From NCBI GenBank assembly GCA_964247055.1, contig OZ176052.1, positions 10,230,001 through 10,294,000 on the forward strand: a stretch of DNA of 64,000 nucleotides, written 5' to 3'. The notes under the pieces are model-generated. The model was not told the DNA's origin and did no database searches. It saw only the letters and a list, made by a program, of their open reading frames with translations. The stretch comes from Paragordius varius (Eukaryota; Animalia; Nematomorpha). The position numbers and the translations under genes were made by a program. Below, piece after piece: positions 63,001-64,000 of the stretch. Numbering within the stretch: position 1 is the stretch's first letter; every line of letters starts with the position of its first letter.

Positions 63001-64000
63001 AAAAAATAATTAAAATTATAATAACTAATTTTTAAATATGGGGTGACATAAAAAGCAAAATTATATTGAAAAAGTGTTTTATAAAAGTGCATTACACCAT
63101 CAAATCTGGTTTCAATTTTAATGGTAAAATTTAAAACAAAATACTATTTTTTCGGAAAAACATTTTTATGTTATAATTTTCCTATCTATTTTTATTGCCG
63201 AATAGGTGAATTTTTGGGTGCCCATTTTCGACGTGTACAATCAAAGACTTGAGGCTAAATCTATAAAATTAAATTGTTTTATATATAGTTTATGAAATAA
63301 TATTTTTTTAAATGAAGCATATACAAAAAAAACATTTAATATAATGTGGGTAAATTTTGGCATTTTCTAATGTGGACTAAATACCACAAAAGTGGTGGTA
63401 ACTTTTGTTATTTTACTCAGGCCTAAAACCAAAAGCACCATGATAATTCTTATATATTTTCTAGAAAATTTCTTCGGGAAATTTAATAACCCCCACTCTC
63501 CTTTCCAAGATTGTGTGCGCTGTAAATGTAGTGCAATTTAGGTGTTTTTTTTTACACGGAACCTAACCTTTCTATTTATCCTTATCAAATGTTATAAAAC
63601 CTTATTTGCAAGGTATGTAGTTTTTTTGTTTTAATGACATCAATACCATTTTTTGGTGGTCCTGGTAATGTTTATAACATTTTATCAGAATTATCCAGGC
63701 TTCATTAGCCGGTTCCTTTATTCAAGTTCGGATTTTAATGCTTTAAAACACGAAACATTCTGTGTAGACTTTTTATATAATTTATACAATTTTATTACAT
63801 CAATTGAGCACTTTTTGTTTCGTTTTATAGCTGTTGTCCATATGAATTTTTAGCATGATTGAAAAGATAAAACTCTTTGAGGAAATTTTTAACCAAGATG
63901 TAATAGACAGAAATATTTTAAACAGTCTATGTTTTTCTGGTATAGCAATTTTTATTTTAAGGAATACCTGATAAGACTAATTTTAGACCATTTTGTTGGA

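Noticed and set aside
1-64000. CRISPR arrays, operons, rRNA/tRNA genes, or a species-level identification
   Set aside because: None seen. The sequence is intron-containing animal DNA. The Stardust PDZ Cys and long isoform point to an invertebrate bilaterian, but the lineage cannot be fixed without a database search.

Overview
Very AT-rich invertebrate animal genomic DNA; no prokaryotic features, CRISPR, rRNA or recognisable tRNA. Gene models were built by hand from GT-AG boundaries, frame continuity and remembered family motifs. Plus strand: 3' part of a MAP4K3/5 (happyhour-like) kinase (211-10518), an MPP5/PALS1/stardust MAGUK (11995-24017), FAM32A (34676-35051) and a tentative orphan secreted/FN3-like gene (~43821-48963). 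Minus strand: DDX27 (31757-26749), ZNRD2/SSSCA1 (49391-48969) and a myostatin/GDF11/myoglianin-type TGF-beta ligand (56052-53083). Introns and intergenic DNA carry non-autonomous Helitrons (two with internal tandem arrays), hAT/Buster-type, piggyBac-like and foldback MITEs, and an RTE-like LINE remnant. Main discovery: a discrete class of ultra-short 23-25 nt GT-AG introns (six cases in FAM32A, DDX27 and ZNRD2). All six are phase 0 and lie within ~310 nt of the start codon. They coexist with ~47 conventional introns of 68-2763 nt, with none confidently called between 26 and 67 nt. One host gene, FAM32A, is itself a step-II splicing factor. Allowing such micro-introns also reveals a candidate hidden 85-aa gene at 36241-35940.
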